This document shows positions 17,594-26,229 of a stretch of 64,000 nt of DNA, in pieces. The notes under the pieces are model-generated. The model was not told the DNA's origin, searched no databases, and saw only the letters and a program-made list of their open reading frames with translations. Location: assembly GCA_964479625.1 (NCBI GenBank), contig CAYZMS010000001.1, positions 1,442 to 65,441 of the forward strand, given 5' to 3'. The position numbers and the translations under genes were made by a program. The DNA is from an uncultured Saprospiraceae bacterium. GTDB lineage: Bacteria; Bacteroidota; Bacteroidia; Chitinophagales; Saprospiraceae. Position 1 is the first letter of the stretch. Every line of letters begins with the position of its first letter.

Positions 17594-20500
17594 ATGAGAG
17601 CAATTTTTACATGCTGTCTTCTGATAAGCTGTTTAGTAGTATCGGCTCAAACCGATTTCAATTTGTATTTGAAGTCTGGTATAGAGCGCGCTGCTGCGCT
17701 GCCTGGTCCCGAGGAGATTCCATTGGAGAATCTTCGTATTGCTCGATACAACGGCTACTATTATGCGGTCCTGCAATTTGGGAGTGTCCTGGATGTTAGT
17801 GGAAGAGCTGCTTTGAAAAATCAGGGCGTGGAGCTATTCCGTTACATTCCAAATTATGCCTACGTTGGGCGCTTCCCGGATGATCTAGATCCCAGGAGCT
17901 TGCCTGTTCGGTCTATTTTTGTACTCAACGCCATCCATAAGCTGGATCCCGGCTTTACCGGTCAGGCTCCCTTCCCTTCTCACGCAGTTGAAGCTCGTGG
18001 TGTTTCCCTTTTTATCACTTCCTTTCCCAATGTGGATAGTACGCAGGTATTGAATGAGTTGCGCTCCTTTGATCCTGCGGTAGTTTTTGAAACTGGTGTT
18101 TACAAGTTGACGGTTCCCTCTAGCCAACTTACTGCTTTGGCCTCCCTGCCTATGATACTCTATGTAGAGCCGAGTACACCGGATCCACAGACAGAAGGTG
18201 TGGAGGCCCGTGGTCAACAGCGACTCAATGGGCTGTTGCGACCGGATGGCGGAGCCTTAACAGGCAAAGGGGTACGAATGGCCATAGGAGATGATGGATC
18301 AGTAGACCACCTTGATCTGGCCGGAAGGGTAACTGATTTTGTTGGCGAATCAGGGGGCCGACACGGAGATATGACCGTTGGCATAGCAGCAGGAGCGGGT
18401 AACCTCAACCCCCTGGCCATGGGAATGGCCCCGGAAGCAGAAATCGATCTCTACCCAATAAAAGGGTACAAGCATATCTTTTCGGCTCCTTCCAACTACC
18501 TGCAGCGACAGGTAGTAATAACCTCTACTTCCTACAGAGATGGCTGCGGGGGAACGTACACTACCGGAGCTCAATTTGTGGATGATCAGGTCAATGATTT
18601 CCCTGATCTGCTGCACGTTTTTTCAGCAGGGAATGACGCTGCTAATCCTTGTTCTAACAGCTATGGAAAGGTGCTGACGGGTTCTGGTCAGTTCTACGGT
18701 ACCATCACAGGTGGAATGAAGGCTGCAAAGAACGTACTATCCATTGGAAATGTAGATGGAGATGACCTTTTAAATGCAACCAGTAGCTGGGGCCCCTCGG
18801 CCGACGGACGTATAAAACCTGAACTGTGTGCAAAGGGAGAGGGTAATTTTACAACAGATGAAGAAAATGGGTACCAAAATGGAAGCGGTACTTCTGCTGC
18901 GGCTCCCTCGGTGGCTGGTACAGCTACCCTGTTCTATGAGTTTTACCGGCAACAACATTTCGGGGAAAATCCACCCGTAGCCCTTTTAAAGGCTTTGTTC
19001 CTTAATGGAGCAGATGATCTTTATCTGCCCGGGCCTGATTATCGTACGGGCTGGGGCCGTATCAATGCTCGTCGTTCTATGGAAATGTTGAAAAATCAGC
19101 AGTTTCGATTGGGATCTGTAGGGCATAACCGTAGTCAGAGTCATCAAATAAGTGTTCCTTCCGGCGTTGCTAATATCAAGGTTATGTTGGTCTGGACCGA
19201 TCCGGCCGCTTCCATATTAACCAACAAGGCTTTAGTTAACGACCTTGACCTGGTATTGCGCGATCCAGGTGGGGCGCAGGTTTTACCCTGGCGGCTTTCC
19301 TCCGCTGCTCATCTGGATAGTCTGAACAGCCCCGCCCAGCGAGGTCGGGACCGTGTGAATAATGTGGAACAAGTTAGTATTACTACGCCAAAACCAGGAA
19401 CTTATACCATTCAGGTAGAGGGGACGAATGTTCCCCTTGGACCACAGTCTTATTACGTAGTTTATTCTTTTGAACGAGAAGGGATCACTATTACCAGGCC
19501 TGCTGGAGGAGAGAGTTTGCTGCCAGGGGAACCTGCCACTATCTACTGGGATGCAGTTGGTAATACGGGAGAATTTACCTTGGAGTATTCCATAAATAAC
19601 GGGTCTACCTGGAATCCCATTGCACAAAGGGTTGCCGGAAACCTACGATCTTACGAATGGTTGGTTCCCAAAGTCTTTACCGGGCGGGGAAAAATCCGTA
19701 TCCGAAGAGGCAATAGCCGGGCGGAGTCTCCATCTACCTTTTCCATTGTGGAATCCCCCATCCCGGAAATTACATTTATAAATAATAACACGGCTCGAAT
19801 GAGCTGGAAGGCAGTACCCGGAGCGGACACTTATGAGATCTACCGCATGGGGGAGCAACGCATGGAACTTATTGGGAATGCCAGCAACCCCCAATTTGAT
19901 CTTACCGGTCTGGTTCCCTGGGAAGAACAATGGTATGCCATACGGGCTCGAAATAATCGAACCGGGATGCTTGGGATGCGTTCAAGGGCAACCAGTTATA
20001 TTCACAAATCCTGTGAGACCAGTGTAAAGATCCGTTTGCAATTCGACCGGTATCCTGGGGATATATATTGGGAATTGGTCAACGAAGAAGCAATCGTATT
20101 AGCCTCCGGAGGAGGATATGGGGGGGAGTTGGCCAACCAACTCATCGAGATCGAGGAATGCGTTCCCTCCGGTTGTGTGGAATTTCGAATAGAGGATCGC
20201 TTCTCGGATGGGCTTTGCTGCGCTAACGGCCAGGGCTACTATGAAGTTTTGAATGATGATGAACAAGTGGTGCGGCGGGGCACTCAATTCAGCATGGAGA
20301 CCACTACCATTTGTCAAAATGTAGACTCTGATCTGGAAGCCAACCTAAACGTGGACACGACCATTTTATGTGCCGGGGAGCAATCTGGGGCCCTGAGTGT
20401 TCTGGTAAGCGGGGGTAGTGGCAATTATACCTACCAATGGAATACCGGCGCTACAGGGCCTAAGTTGACCGGGCTAGGATCGGGACCCTATAGTGTTACC

Positions 20501-23500
20501 GTTTCCGATGGGAATGTAGAGGTGGTTCTTATGGTCATCTTGGAAGAACCAGCCCCTCTTGAAGGCGAGATCCAATATCGAAATAACGCCTGTGCGGACC
20601 TATTAGACTCGGAAGCATTCGTAAACATTGGAGGAGGCCAGCCCCCTTATAACTACCAATGGTCGAATGGAAGCCGAACCAACCTGATCCAGAATATGGC
20701 GCCGGGGACATATTCTGTTACGGTAACAGATGCGAATGGTTGTACCTGGACAGAATCAGTAGACATCTTTTCTCCCGCTCCACTAAACCTTCGATTAACC
20801 AAACAGGACGTGGACTGTTTTGGAGAATCCACCGGAAGATTACAGGCCGATGTAAAAGGAGGAGCGGGGGGCTACTCCTTTCGCTGGTCCAACGGAAGTA
20901 GAGCGGCGGTTAATTCGAACCTTTCTGCCGATGTCTATAGCCTCACCGTAACCGATGCCAATCAATGTACCGTCATCGCTATGGAGCGTATAACACAACC
21001 TTCCCCACTGTTAATAAGCTTCCCGGAAGAAGAAACCAACTGTGAGGCGGCTACCGTTGATATTGCTCCTCAGGTAAAAGGGGGGGAGCAGCCCTACCAA
21101 TACCTTTGGAACACGGGCGCAACTTCTCCTGAACTTGTTCAGGTGCCTGCCGGAACCTATAGCCTGACTGTTACAGATGCAAATGGTTGTGTAAAAACAG
21201 CTACCCATTCCAGTGTTACTGGCAAAGAGCTTTCCCTGCAGATCTCCGGTTCAGACGTAAGTTGCCCCGGTGGAATGGATGGCAGTGCCCGGGTAGATAT
21301 TCTTTCGGGTATTCCTCCCTTTAATTTTGAATGGGAGACCGGAGCGACCTCTTCCCGCATTTCAGGCCTTTCAAGAGGTTGGTACCGGGTAACGGTTACA
21401 GATGCACAGGCTTGCCCAAGGGTAGATAGTATTCGAATAGATGCTCCCGACGAACTGTACTTCCGGGCTGAAATTCTCCACCCTATTTGTGCAGGGGAGA
21501 CAGGAAGCATTATCTTAAATCCCATTGGAGGAACGCCACCCTACAATTATCAATGGCCAGACGGTAGTACCGGCCCCATTTTAGATAACCTCAACCCAGA
21601 CGCCTACGACCTGACTATCACAGACGCAGCCGGATGTACAAAAGATACTACTATAGTTCTCGAATCCCCCTCCACTATCCAAGTGGAAAAGAATTCCCAA
21701 CCCGTTTCCTGTTTTGGAGAGGCTGATGGGGTAATTTCTTTATTGGTTTCCGGAGGAGTAACCCCAATAAACGTCCTCTGGGGTGATGGCGAATCTGGCA
21801 TACAGCGTTCGGGCCTCCTTGCCGATTTATATCATTTTACAATAACCGATGCCAATGCCTGTACTGTAGAAGATAGTGTGGAGATCCAAAGCCCGGAGGA
21901 ATTGGAATTAGTCGCAGATATTCAAGCAATTTCCTGTCATGATGAGCAGGACGGAGGAATCGCGATCACCCCGCAGGAAGGGCTTGCCCCCTATGCTTAT
22001 GTTTGGGAAAACGGAGCGGCAACTTCCTCAAGAACAGGATTGGGCTCTGGTAATTATTCGGTAACGGTGACGGACGCTAACGGGTGTACGGCCTCCCAAT
22101 CTTTTAGTCTTTCTAGGCCTGCAGCGCTTTCTCTTAATTCAAGCATACAGGAGATTAGTTGTGCCGGGCAAAACGACGGTGGAATTCAGGTAATAGCGGG
22201 TGGAGGATTTCCCCCTTATGCATTCCAATGGAGTAGCGGACAAACCAGTTCTCAATTGGAAAACCTGGGCGAGGGGGAGTATACTCTAACGCTTACCGAT
22301 ACGGCAGGGTGTAGCATGGTCGAAACCTACAGTCTTTCAGATCCATTGCCGCTTAGCTACGATATTGAATCAAATGATCCAAATTGTGAGGGAGGATTTG
22401 ATGGTCGGATCCGGGTCACTCCGAAGGAAGGGTCAGGGCCTTATATGATCGAGTGGAGTACGGGGCAAACAGGCATGGAAATTTCCGGCCTCCAGGAAGG
22501 GAATTATGCCTTTACCCTCACAGATAGTCGCTCCTGTAGCCAGATCGGTCTGCTTACGCTGACCGATCCGAAGGGTATGGAAATCAGTATTTCTGTGACC
22601 GAAGCATCAAATGGTGATGACGGAGCCCTTAGCTTGATGGTGGAGAATGGTACTCCGCCCTACTCCTACCTTTGGTCTACGGGAAGTAGGGAACGGGATA
22701 TCAGCGATCTCGAACCTGGGATGTATACGGTGACTGTTACTGATAGCAATGGCTGTCAAGCATCGGCAGCCGCTACGATTCCCGGGGATGGAAGTGCCGG
22801 CTACTGTGAGGTCGGCCACCAAAGTACGGAGTTCGAATGGATTGAACAGGTACAATTTGGTAGTCAAAACTTCCGATCCGGAAATGACAATGGGTACGGA
22901 GATTATTCCAATGAAGTATTTACCTTACAGAGTGGAGCTTCGAACGCTTTTGTCCTATCACCCGGCCAACGCCTGGTTAACACTCCGGAAAACTGGTATA
23001 TCTGGATCGATTATAACCGGGATGGTGATTTTGATGATCCCGGCGAATTGGTCTACCAAAAATCAAGCCATCCGGGTAACCTTTCCGATGCCTTTGAAAC
23101 ACCCCTGGTCGGCAATACCTATCAAACCCGAATGCGTATTGCCATGCGGTACCTGGCTAACGATCTTCCCTGTGGGAATTTACCCTATGGAGAAGCTGAA
23201 GATTATACGGTCCGCCTGACAGAAGGGGTCGCTTATTGTAATGCCTTTGGGTCGGAATCTCGTTTCGAATGGATCAAGCGGGTAAGCATAGACGGACAAA
23301 AATTCGAAACGGGAAATGATAATGGATACCGTGATTATACCGCAACCGAGATTCCACTGCAAGCAGGGGCAAGCGTTCCGGTAGAACTGGAAGTTGGCTT
23401 ACGAGGTAGCGCACGTGATGAAGGCTGGTCGGTTTGGGCAGACTGGAACCAGGATGCAGTCTTTCAATCAAATGAGTTGGTATTCACCCGTGTTTCTGAT

Positions 23501-23962
23501 CAGACAGTCCTTAAATTCGACCTCTCCATTCCTTCCAATGTAGAACCCGGTAAGGTGCGCCTTCGAATTAGCCTGCAGTGGGGGGCGGCGAATACAGATC
23601 CCTGTGCAATGATCTTCTATGGAGAAGTGGAAGATTATACGCTTCAAATAGGTAATTCGCCTTCTGTAAAGCAACCCACTTTTTCTCCAGCGGTAAACCC
23701 CGGGGGAGGTCCATTAGAGTATGACCTGATCTTGTTCCCGAACCCCGGGAAAGGGCCTGTACAGGTCAGCATAGTAACTACCCTTACCGAAGAAAGTATC
23801 GATTTTCTAAGTGTTCTGGACTTACGGGGAAGAATCGTCCATAAAGAGCAACTTTGGGTCTATCCAGGGGAAAACAACTGGAGCCTTGATTTGAGCCATT
23901 TACCTAACGGGCCTTATCAAATCCTGTTGGGTAATCAAAGCAAGCGTTGGATTAAACAATAA
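17594..23962 (+). CDS. Giant T9SS-secreted subtilisin-like (S8) peptidase fused to Fn3, a Cys-rich module, 11 SprB-type repeats, two GEVED-type modules and a Por-secretion C-terminal domain
   Basis: 2,122 aa from ATG 17594, with signal peptide MRAIFTCCLLISCLVVSAQ. Subtilase triad motifs are AIGDDGS (18290-18295), HGDMTVG (His 18362-18364) and GSGTSAAAPS (Ser 18893-18895). GEAEDYTV and GEVEDYTL endings. CTD is LILFPNPGKGPVQV...LPNGPYQILL. Confidence 0.9.
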   Translation: MRAIFTCCLLISCLVVSAQTDFNLYLKSGIERAAALPGPEEIPLENLRIARYNGYYYAVLQFGSVLDVSGRAALKNQGVELFRYIPNYAYVGRFPDDLDPRSLPVRSIFVLNAIHKLDPGFTGQAPFPSHAVEARGVSLFITSFPNVDSTQVLNELRSFDPAVVFETGVYKLTVPSSQLTALASLPMILYVEPSTPDPQTEGVEARGQQRLNGLLRPDGGALTGKGVRMAIGDDGSVDHLDLAGRVTDFVGESGGRHGDMTVGIAAGAGNLNPLAMGMAPEAEIDLYPIKGYKHIFSAPSNYLQRQVVITSTSYRDGCGGTYTTGAQFVDDQVNDFPDLLHVFSAGNDAANPCSNSYGKVLTGSGQFYGTITGGMKAAKNVLSIGNVDGDDLLNATSSWGPSADGRIKPELCAKGEGNFTTDEENGYQNGSGTSAAAPSVAGTATLFYEFYRQQHFGENPPVALLKALFLNGADDLYLPGPDYRTGWGRINARRSMEMLKNQQFRLGSVGHNRSQSHQISVPSGVANIKVMLVWTDPAASILTNKALVNDLDLVLRDPGGAQVLPWRLSSAAHLDSLNSPAQRGRDRVNNVEQVSITTPKPGTYTIQVEGTNVPLGPQSYYVVYSFEREGITITRPAGGESLLPGEPATIYWDAVGNTGEFTLEYSINNGSTWNPIAQRVAGNLRSYEWLVPKVFTGRGKIRIRRGNSRAESPSTFSIVESPIPEITFINNNTARMSWKAVPGADTYEIYRMGEQRMELIGNASNPQFDLTGLVPWEEQWYAIRARNNRTGMLGMRSRATSYIHKSCETSVKIRLQFDRYPGDIYWELVNEEAIVLASGGGYGGELANQLIEIEECVPSGCVEFRIEDRFSDGLCCANGQGYYEVLNDDEQVVRRGTQFSMETTTICQNVDSDLEANLNVDTTILCAGEQSGALSVLVSGGSGNYTYQWNTGATGPKLTGLGSGPYSVTVSDGNVEVVLMVILEEPAPLEGEIQYRNNACADLLDSEAFVNIGGGQPPYNYQWSNGSRTNLIQNMAPGTYSVTVTDANGCTWTESVDIFSPAPLNLRLTKQDVDCFGESTGRLQADVKGGAGGYSFRWSNGSRAAVNSNLSADVYSLTVTDANQCTVIAMERITQPSPLLISFPEEETNCEAATVDIAPQVKGGEQPYQYLWNTGATSPELVQVPAGTYSLTVTDANGCVKTATHSSVTGKELSLQISGSDVSCPGGMDGSARVDILSGIPPFNFEWETGATSSRISGLSRGWYRVTVTDAQACPRVDSIRIDAPDELYFRAEILHPICAGETGSIILNPIGGTPPYNYQWPDGSTGPILDNLNPDAYDLTITDAAGCTKDTTIVLESPSTIQVEKNSQPVSCFGEADGVISLLVSGGVTPINVLWGDGESGIQRSGLLADLYHFTITDANACTVEDSVEIQSPEELELVADIQAISCHDEQDGGIAITPQEGLAPYAYVWENGAATSSRTGLGSGNYSVTVTDANGCTASQSFSLSRPAALSLNSSIQEISCAGQNDGGIQVIAGGGFPPYAFQWSSGQTSSQLENLGEGEYTLTLTDTAGCSMVETYSLSDPLPLSYDIESNDPNCEGGFDGRIRVTPKEGSGPYMIEWSTGQTGMEISGLQEGNYAFTLTDSRSCSQIGLLTLTDPKGMEISISVTEASNGDDGALSLMVENGTPPYSYLWSTGSRERDISDLEPGMYTVTVTDSNGCQASAAATIPGDGSAGYCEVGHQSTEFEWIEQVQFGSQNFRSGNDNGYGDYSNEVFTLQSGASNAFVLSPGQRLVNTPENWYIWIDYNRDGDFDDPGELVYQKSSHPGNLSDAFETPLVGNTYQTRMRIAMRYLANDLPCGNLPYGEAEDYTVRLTEGVAYCNAFGSESRFEWIKRVSIDGQKFETGNDNGYRDYTATEIPLQAGASVPVELEVGLRGSARDEGWSVWADWNQDAVFQSNELVFTRVSDQTVLKFDLSIPSNVEPGKVRLRISLQWGAANTDPCAMIFYGEVEDYTLQIGNSPSVKQPTFSPAVNPGGGPLEYDLILFPNPGKGPVQVSIVTTLTEESIDFLSVLDLRGRIVHKEQLWVYPGENNWSLDLSHLPNGPYQILLGNQSKRWIKQ
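20353..22780 (+). repeat. Eleven tandem coding repeats of about 220 nt (~73 aa, SprB-repeat type) inside the giant gene
   Basis: Each unit has C-x2-3-(D/N)G...(V/I)xGGxxPYxYxW..G.......L..G.Y.(V/L)T(V/I)TDxxGC. Examples are GGSGNYTYQWNTGATGP...YSVTVSD and GGTPPYNYQWPDGSTGP...YDLTITDAAGC. Confidence 0.85.
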
Positions 23963-24024
23963 AAAGTAAAACCTATTTGGCGGGCACTCAGCGACAAAAG
24001 CGTTTTGTGTCGGCCTTCCGCTCT

Positions 24025-24576
24025 TTACTGAAAAATGCCATCCCGGAAAAAGAACGCCACCAGGCCACTGATGGTATGTGGGTGTTCGAAGGTTCCCTGT
24101 TTCAGCATTCGCCTTACTTCTGGCACAGGATAAAGGACCACTTCTATATCTTCCCCAGGATCCAAACGGGGCTGATGAGTAAGTTGAACATCCAGGGCCA
24201 ATAAGTGATGGATATAGCTATCCAGAAATACCGGGTTAGAGGCGATCTTACCCAATACACTCCACTGCTCACTGGTATAACCCGTTTCTTCCTGTAATTC
24301 CCGCTGAGCAGCAGGCATAACGGCCTCTCCACCTTCGATCAAGCCACCTGGCAACTCTAGCGTTTCTGTTTTAGTGCCAAATCGAAACTGTCTTACCAGT
24401 ATTATTTCCTGATCACCGGTAAGGGCAACCACGTTCGCTGCATCCCGGGACTCCAGGATGATCATGGGTTCGATCGCTCCGTTCCTGGGGTTCTCCATGA
24501 TGTCAAACCGGGAGGCGAACAGCTTGAGGTCATACCCCGGTCTGGTGTCAACAACTCGCCAAGTCTTTTTGCTCAT
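24025..24576 (-). CDS. NUDIX hydrolase (ADP-ribose pyrophosphatase-like)
   Basis: 183 aa with Nudix box GGLIEGGEAVMPAAQRELQEETGY. Confidence 0.88.
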   Translation of the reverse strand: MSKKTWRVVDTRPGYDLKLFASRFDIMENPRNGAIEPMIILESRDAANVVALTGDQEIILVRQFRFGTKTETLELPGGLIEGGEAVMPAAQRELQEETGYTSEQWSVLGKIASNPVFLDSYIHHLLALDVQLTHQPRLDPGEDIEVVLYPVPEVRRMLKQGTFEHPHTISGLVAFFFRDGIFQ

Positions 24577-24759
24577 TCAAAGGTTTTTTAGGAAGATTTT
24601 CCTGTTTCCAGGTGACCTTAAAAAAGTAAGTCCGTCAAAAGGTTGAAAATGATGGAAAACGGCTATAATTTACCACTTTCTTGCCAATGGCGGCCGTTCA
24701 CTCAAGCTTCCCTTTCCTAGTACAACTTTGAATCAAACATAATAAAACTGTGCCATTCC

Positions 24760-26166
24760 ATGAGAGGCTATCTACTCCTGGCGTCCATGCTGTTGATCAG
24801 TCTGGTTGCAAAAACCCAATCTGTTTCTACGGTAAAAACCGGGAACTGGTCCGATCCTTCTGTTTGGTCCACCGGTAGCGTACCGAATATCTCCGCCTGG
24901 CCCGGAGCAAAGGTAACCATCCTTCACGCGATTACCCGGTCGGGAAATTTAAACATGGCCCAACAGGCTGCTATTTCGGTTGGGGAAAGCGGATCCCTAG
25001 ACATCTCAGGTGATTTTACTATCGCCTCTTCGAATAGTGGGAATTTCGCTGTGGCAGCAGGCGGTTCCTTTTCCTGCGACCAGTTAGACTTTAAATCCGG
25101 CAGCACTGTTTTTGATATTTCTGGTGCGATTTCGGCAACTTCCGCTGAATTTAGTAATGCGAAGGTCAAATCTTCCGGCCAATACTCTTTCGATGATTTA
25201 ACCATAGGAGGATCTGCTGGTTTTACCCTCGAAAACGGCTCCCTGGATGTAGAGGGCGATGTTAACATAAGTGGTGGTGGCCCAGGTATTAAGTGGACTA
25301 ACTCGGTGATAACCATCGGAGGTGACCTGATCCGGAAAAGTGTGACCCTCGAAATTGAGAATTCCGAGGTAGAAATAGACGGAGACCTGACCCTTTCAGC
25401 CGGTGGAAATATCGTCCTGGATGGAGTAGACCTAACAGTGGGTAACGAACTTAGTGTCTCCGAAGGGGTGAGTATAGAAGCGGTAGGTTCGGGAGGAAGC
25501 CTTTCATTTGGGGCCATCTCCCTGAGTGGAGGAGCCTCCATTCTATGTGCGGAAAATTGTTCTTATGGCCCGGGTGATTCACCGATCTCTCCAATCGACT
25601 TGAGCGGTGGTGCCTTCCGTAGTCTGCCTGTTACCTTTTCTGCTTTCCATGCCGAAGACCTGGGGGATGGAGGTGTATCCATTCAATGGGCAACCAGCAG
25701 TGAGCTCAATAATGACTTTTTCACCATAGAGCGTTCGTCTGACGGAATAAAGTGGTCGGAAATGGGCCGATTAAAAGGAGCAGGGACTACTACCAGGGTG
25801 CAAACCTACAACTGGATAGATGAAATGCCCCTGCGTGGGAATGCTTACTACCGAATTAAACAAACTGATTTCGATGGAACCACCGATTATTCCTGGGTTA
25901 TCGTTTACAGCAACAACAGGGGAGGGACAGCGGTTGAGCCCATGGTTTTCCCCAACCCAGCAAAGGACGTGCTGTACTTCAGCATCGAAAATGTCGCTGC
26001 AGCAGAATTTATGGGAAGCAATGGTCAATTCTTCTCCTTACAAATCGAAAACAGGGGTTCTGAGGGACTAAATATCCCTGTAGGACTGGCTGCTGGTTTA
26101 TACCAGCTTCGCATTCATACAACGGATGGCCAAGTTTATCATGAAAAGGTGATCGTTCAAAAATAA
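24760..26166 (+). CDS. Secreted Gly/Ser-rich beta-helix-like protein with a T9SS C-terminal sorting domain
   Basis: 468 aa. Signal peptide ends KTQ. N-terminal GNWSDPSVWSTGSVP motif, then repetitive G/S/D-rich strands. CTD is MVFPNPAKDVLYFSI...LAAGLYQLRIHT. Confidence 0.75.
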   Translation: MRGYLLLASMLLISLVAKTQSVSTVKTGNWSDPSVWSTGSVPNISAWPGAKVTILHAITRSGNLNMAQQAAISVGESGSLDISGDFTIASSNSGNFAVAAGGSFSCDQLDFKSGSTVFDISGAISATSAEFSNAKVKSSGQYSFDDLTIGGSAGFTLENGSLDVEGDVNISGGGPGIKWTNSVITIGGDLIRKSVTLEIENSEVEIDGDLTLSAGGNIVLDGVDLTVGNELSVSEGVSIEAVGSGGSLSFGAISLSGGASILCAENCSYGPGDSPISPIDLSGGAFRSLPVTFSAFHAEDLGDGGVSIQWATSSELNNDFFTIERSSDGIKWSEMGRLKGAGTTTRVQTYNWIDEMPLRGNAYYRIKQTDFDGTTDYSWVIVYSNNRGGTAVEPMVFPNPAKDVLYFSIENVAAAEFMGSNGQFFSLQIENRGSEGLNIPVGLAAGLYQLRIHTTDGQVYHEKVIVQK

Positions 26167-26229
26167 GAGCAAGTGGAATACAAATTTGGATGCCTCAAAG
26201 CGAAGAAAAGACCTTGAGGTATCCTTGGT

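Noticed and set aside
20353-22780. Regular ~220-nt periodicity that could be mistaken for a DNA repeat array or CRISPR
   Set aside because: The period is a protein repeat (~73 aa) within one open frame. The units are diverged at the DNA level and there is no short-repeat/spacer structure. No CRISPR array was seen anywhere in the window.
24924-25541. 205-aa minus-strand ORF inside the T9SS beta-helix cargo gene
   Set aside because: An antisense artefact of a Gly/Ser-rich coding region. The + strand frame has a signal peptide and a T9SS CTD.
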